Position numbers and translations under genes: made by a program | Origin: Podarcis cretensis | Lineage: Eukaryota | Direction: 5' to 3' | Assembly: GCA_951804945.1 (NCBI GenBank) | Contig: OX638160.1 | Span: 59,706,001-59,770,000 of the forward strand | DNA: 64,000 bases | The notes under the pieces: model-generated | What the model was told of the DNA's origin: nothing | The model's database searches: none | What the model saw: only the letters and a program-made list of their open reading frames with translations | Shown here: positions 61,666 through 64,000 of the stretch, one piece after another | How the letters are laid out: every line of letters begins with the position of its first letter | Position numbering within the stretch: the first letter of the stretch is position 1

Positions 61666-62821
61666 TAGGCATATTCAGTCAGTTTTGACTGCCACTCTTC
61701 TTTCGCTCTGCTCCCCCTTTCTTCCCACTCTGCTCTCTGCCTGCCCCTCAGAGCCAGAGCATCACCCAGGGCTGGGCCTTAGTGGTGGCAGCCTCTGCTT
61801 GGCAGCTCTCCTGCAGCCCCTGAGAGCTGCCCAAGGGAGGAGGCCAGCAGCAGCCATGGAGAGGCAACAGGATGCTCTCTCACAGCAGCTACTGCCACCA
61901 TCGCTCAGGACAAGCGCTGGCTCATCCTCCTTCCCAAGCTTAGCACTGGTAGTGCTGGTAGGGGAATAGGGACATTCTGGCATTGAATCTGCAGCTGGGA
62001 TGGCTTTCATAATTCCAGGAGTCTCCCTGGAAAATTGAGGCACTTGGAGGATATGGAGTCCCCCCCCCCAATGTCCTCATATGCCAATAAAACTAGGAAT
62101 GAAACCAGCTGAAAATCTGTTCTGATATTTTGATCCCTGCTTCTGATGTTTACAGTTCTGTATGTTTTTTTAAGCCTCTTTAGGACCCAGATGTGGTGAA
62201 AAATGGGCCTTACTTTTTAAATATATAACATCAACCCAGGTGTGGTTATTAGCAGCTCTCTGGAGCAAGCACAGTGATATCAGTTTTATTTGGTCAGTGC
62301 TAATTTCCCCAAGCAAGACATACTCGCTTGTGAGCATAATTATACTAACTTTGTGGTATAATTCAAAATGGTCATAGCAGTGTGTCTGCATGCAATTATC
62401 TCCAGTAAATATCCTGATTAGTATTGATTATTCCCCACATTAGCATTTAGTATGTGTTTGTGTATGTGCGTGTAATTTGGTAAGCTTACCTTTAACTGTG
62501 AACTGAGTTGAATTTCTCCCCCACAATGAATTATGCAGAAAACTGCACACTTCTCACACACTTTACACATTGGTTCTCTGCAAAGAACTTTTGCTGTGAC
62601 ATCTGAATTGAGCCACTGTCTGCCCATTTTTATTCCCATGGAACTTTTTAATGATGAAAAATAATGGGTCAAATGGGTTTTTACTGTTTCATGTTTGTTG
62701 TTCACAAACTGATAAGGTATGATAATAACTATCTGTGACCAATGTTTACAAAATAATAATTTTAAAATTCCAGCAGTCCCAATTTTAACTTTTTGGCTGT
62801 CTTTCCTCTACCTCATTGTAG

Positions 62822-62935
62822 GTTAATAATAAGGCGCGACCACCTGCTGGAAGGCACTTTTAATCAGGTGATGGCTTATTCTCGGAAAGAGCTCCAAAGA
62901 AACAAACTCTACGTCACATTTGTTGGAGAGGAAGG
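62822..62935 (+). CDS. HECW1: HECW1 exon, start of HECT domain ([38 protein letters not shown])
   Basis: Acceptor ctcattgtag, donor AGG|gtaggt; 114 nt, phase 2 to 2. Confidence 0.95.
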
Positions 62936-63490
62936 GTAGGTCCTGAGAAGTCTGAACCCCTGATATGCTAAGCCCCATGGCTGAAACAAGTTTGTTTTCT
63001 GCAGTTCTGTATGCACTGAACTTCATATGAAATATGGCACCCAATACAGCTGGCACAGAATCAGAATTTTTTAAAAGTCCACTTTCTAGTGTTCATCATT
63101 CTAGACACATTGGAAGTAGTCAGCCCAATTCAGAAAACAGCAAAAGTGTTAGAGTTCCAGTGCATGCATGGTTCTTCTATGCCAGCAATAGCTCCCCTGT
63201 TTCTTCCTTTCCAATTACATAGTGGAAACAAACAAAATCTATACAGCTTTGTGGCAGTATCACTGCTTTAAACAAATTTTGGATTCAGGTTTTATGAATT
63301 GTGAAGCCATATAAATAGCCACAAATGGAAAGTTTACAGATTAATAGTTCTGAGTTCCCTGTTGTTTGTACTGTTTATTTAGAAACACAATGTTAAGTTG
63401 GATAGGGATACACTCCAGTACTTTATCTGAATAGATTTACAATCTACTCACAACACAGATTGAAAGTAATATGCACCTGCATAGGCTTGA

Positions 63491-63721
<231 letters not shown>

Positions 63722-64000
63722 TAAGCCTCCTGTTTAGGTGCTATTTGTAAGAGTAATTTTAGTTTGTGGGGCATCGTATCCAATGAAATGGGTGTCGCAA
63801 GACACTAGACAGGTGCAAAGACTTGTGGGAAGCAGGCTGGACTCCCTCAGTTTTTCTTCCTGTCTAGACACAGACAGTACGTTCCTCCTGGCTCTCCTGT
63901 CTAAGCTAAGTTTTTTACTAGTTTCTGAACCCTCTTTTTTTCTTTAGATTTCCCTTTTCTTAAGCCATGGTTTCAGATCATGTTTTATTAACTTCTGCTT

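Noticed and set aside
61045-62055. One hAT element with CATA...TATG termini enclosing the L1-like fragment
   Set aside because: The TIRs are degenerate and the flanks show no 8-bp TSD.

Overview
Eukaryotic (vertebrate) genomic DNA from a squamate reptile, probably a lacertid lizard, judged from Sauria SINEs, a tRNA-Lys/CR1-tailed SINE and CR1/L2 LINE remnants. The whole window lies inside one + strand gene, HECW1 (NEDL1, a NEDD4-family C2-WW-WW-HECT E3 ubiquitin ligase). I could splice 17 internal coding exons (2761-63720, 3394 nt, about 1130 codons). All have GT-AG boundaries and compatible phases, and they run from the C2 domain through a large acidic exon and both WW domains into the start of the HECT domain. 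The 5' and 3' ends of the gene are outside the window. Introns are dense with transposable elements: CR1, L2 and L1-like fragments, Sauria SINEs, other tRNA-derived SINEs, hAT and Tc1/mariner MITEs, and solo LTRs with 5-bp TSDs. Most ORFs in the supplied track are spurious or TE-derived. The best leads are: (1) a candidate pair of in-frame microexons (12 nt and 33 nt) after the WW1 exon, with neural-splicing motifs; (2) a family of LTR-like elements carrying a decayed acidic ORF that ends in an SPRTRR...RRSxRL-like motif; (3) a SINE whose tail forms most of a HECW1 3' splice-site region. None is demonstrated to be a new system; all are hypotheses to test. TE family names come from recalled consensus features, not from database searches.
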